Positions 62,965-64,000 of a stretch of DNA of 64,000 nt are shown piece after piece (within the stretch, counting starts at the first letter, position 1; each line of letters starts with the position of its first letter). The stretch spans positions 1 through 64,000 of the forward strand of contig BAAIJX010000007.1 in the NCBI GenBank assembly GCA_054600435.1, written 5' to 3'. The DNA comes from Neophaeotheca triangularis. Taxonomy: Eukaryota. The notes under the pieces are model-generated. The model was not told the origin of the DNA. It saw only the letters and a program-made list of their open reading frames with translations, and did not search any database. Made by a program: the position numbers and the translations under genes.

Positions 62965-64000
62965 CTAGCCAACCACGCTCAACCCCCTCTCCACAACCGC
63001 CTTGATCCTCTGTGCCAAATTCTTGCTCTTACACTCCACGTCCAAGCCTTCCAACCACAACCTCGCCTCAGGCTGTCCCTGGACCTCGATCCTCAAGCCC
63101 GGGACCGGGATACCCTTGGCATGCAACCTCGCCAGCTCCTTGGCTACTGCGACTTCATCGAAAACCGGCTCCGCTGCTTCGGCACCCTCGCTCGCCGATG
63201 AAGCGGGCTTCGGCGTTGCGATCGGCGTGATGGAGTCCTCTCCAAATTGCGCTTCGAGGAACATGAAGAGGCGTTCGAGCTTTTCCTCGGGTGGGGGGCG
63301 GAGGAGGGGGTTGCGGGTTGCGGGCAGGGGTGAGGCGCTGTGGGAGTGGGTCGAGGAGGACTGTTTTATAGCGGCTGGGCTGGTTTCGACAGATAGTAGC
63401 ACCGCCATGACGGCGTCGGCGATACTGTCGTTAGTCGCGTTGCCTTCCCATTCCAGCTCTAGTTCGCCGTTGTTGGAGTGGTGCGTGAGGCGCACGGCGT
63501 TGGACATGATGGTGAAGACTGTGGTGGTGGCTGGGTCGGGGGTGGGGGTCTGGCCGTTAGTGGTGGTGGTGTCGGTGGGTTCAGGTTTGATGTTGGCGGG
63601 GTCTTCGACTTCGACGGCGCCAAAGGTGCTTTCGAGTGCCCAGCGTATGAGGTCCGGGCCTGCTGCGCCGAGGGTGAGGCGTTGGCGGCAGAGGATGGTG
63701 GTTGTCGCGAGCCCGGCATATTCTTTGAGATCTTCCGGGGCCATTAGGGAGAGTTTGAAATCGTTTTGGACTAGGACGCCGGAAATGACTTGGCCGGTAC
63801 CTTGGACTTGAGGCTCGGTTTTAAGCCTCTTAACGCCTTCGACAAGTTCTCCCTCGTCACTTGCGGGGGGCGAAGGGGGGAGTAGGGAGGGCGGCTGGAT
63901 AGCGCTCGCGAGGCGGCCGACTACTCGTACCATCTTGTCTTGCTGGAAGGGAATGCGGAGTTCTTCGCAGTTGACGGGGGAGAAGACTTTGTACTTCTTC
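62965..64000 (-). CDS. YSH1: Endoribonuclease Ysh1/CPSF73, C-terminal part (runs off the window)
   Basis: KVFSPVNCEELRIPF...VVGRLA, SGVLVQNDFKLSLMAPEDLKEYAGL, LEWEGNATNDSIADAVMA and RLFMFLEAQFG. Confidence 0.92.
   Translation of the reverse strand, partial: KKYKVFSPVNCEELRIPFQQDKMVRVVGRLASAIQPPSLLPPSPPASDEGELVEGVKRLKTEPQVQGTGQVISGVLVQNDFKLSLMAPEDLKEYAGLATTTILCRQRLTLGAAGPDLIRWALESTFGAVEVEDPANIKPEPTDTTTTNGQTPTPDPATTTVFTIMSNAVRLTHHSNNGELELEWEGNATNDSIADAVMAVLLSVETSPAAIKQSSSTHSHSASPLPATRNPLLRPPPEEKLERLFMFLEAQFGEDSITPIATPKPASSASEGAEAAEPVFDEVAVAKELARLHAKGIPVPGLRIEVQGQPEARLWLEGLDVECKSKNLAQRIKAVVERGLSVVG

Overview
Eukaryotic, intron-containing DNA from a filamentous ascomycete (Pezizomycotina; Dothideomycete-like by impression only). 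I can support 23 protein-coding loci, many reconstructed by hand across introns. They are: a FYVE protein, a long-chain alcohol oxidase, a cupin, an Aim3-like Pro-rich protein, the MAPKK Pbs2, an auxin-efflux-carrier-family protein, an SDR, a DUF4202 protein, an MFS transporter, a ferric reductase, CPS1/DIP2, a DUF3455 protein, a 97-aa orphan, a HET-domain ORF with no clear start, Vps3/TGFBRAP1-like, Coy1/CASP, a CDF transporter, GH12, Gtr2, Arl3, GH2 beta-mannosidase and a partial Ysh1. There is also one dispersed, structurally intact 5S rRNA gene and many microsatellites. No transposon, CRISPR array or secondary-metabolite cluster is evident, and the gene content is mostly ordinary housekeeping. 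The least explained signals are (i) recurring abrupt C/A-rich to G/T-rich strand-skew flips every few kb, always in the same polarity and even inside coding sequence, (ii) a GGTA/TACC motif family concentrated in intergenic DNA, and (iii) a gene-poor 38.5-45.4 kb interval holding the divergent 5S gene, the orphan and the HET ORF. All calls are by eye; no searches were run.
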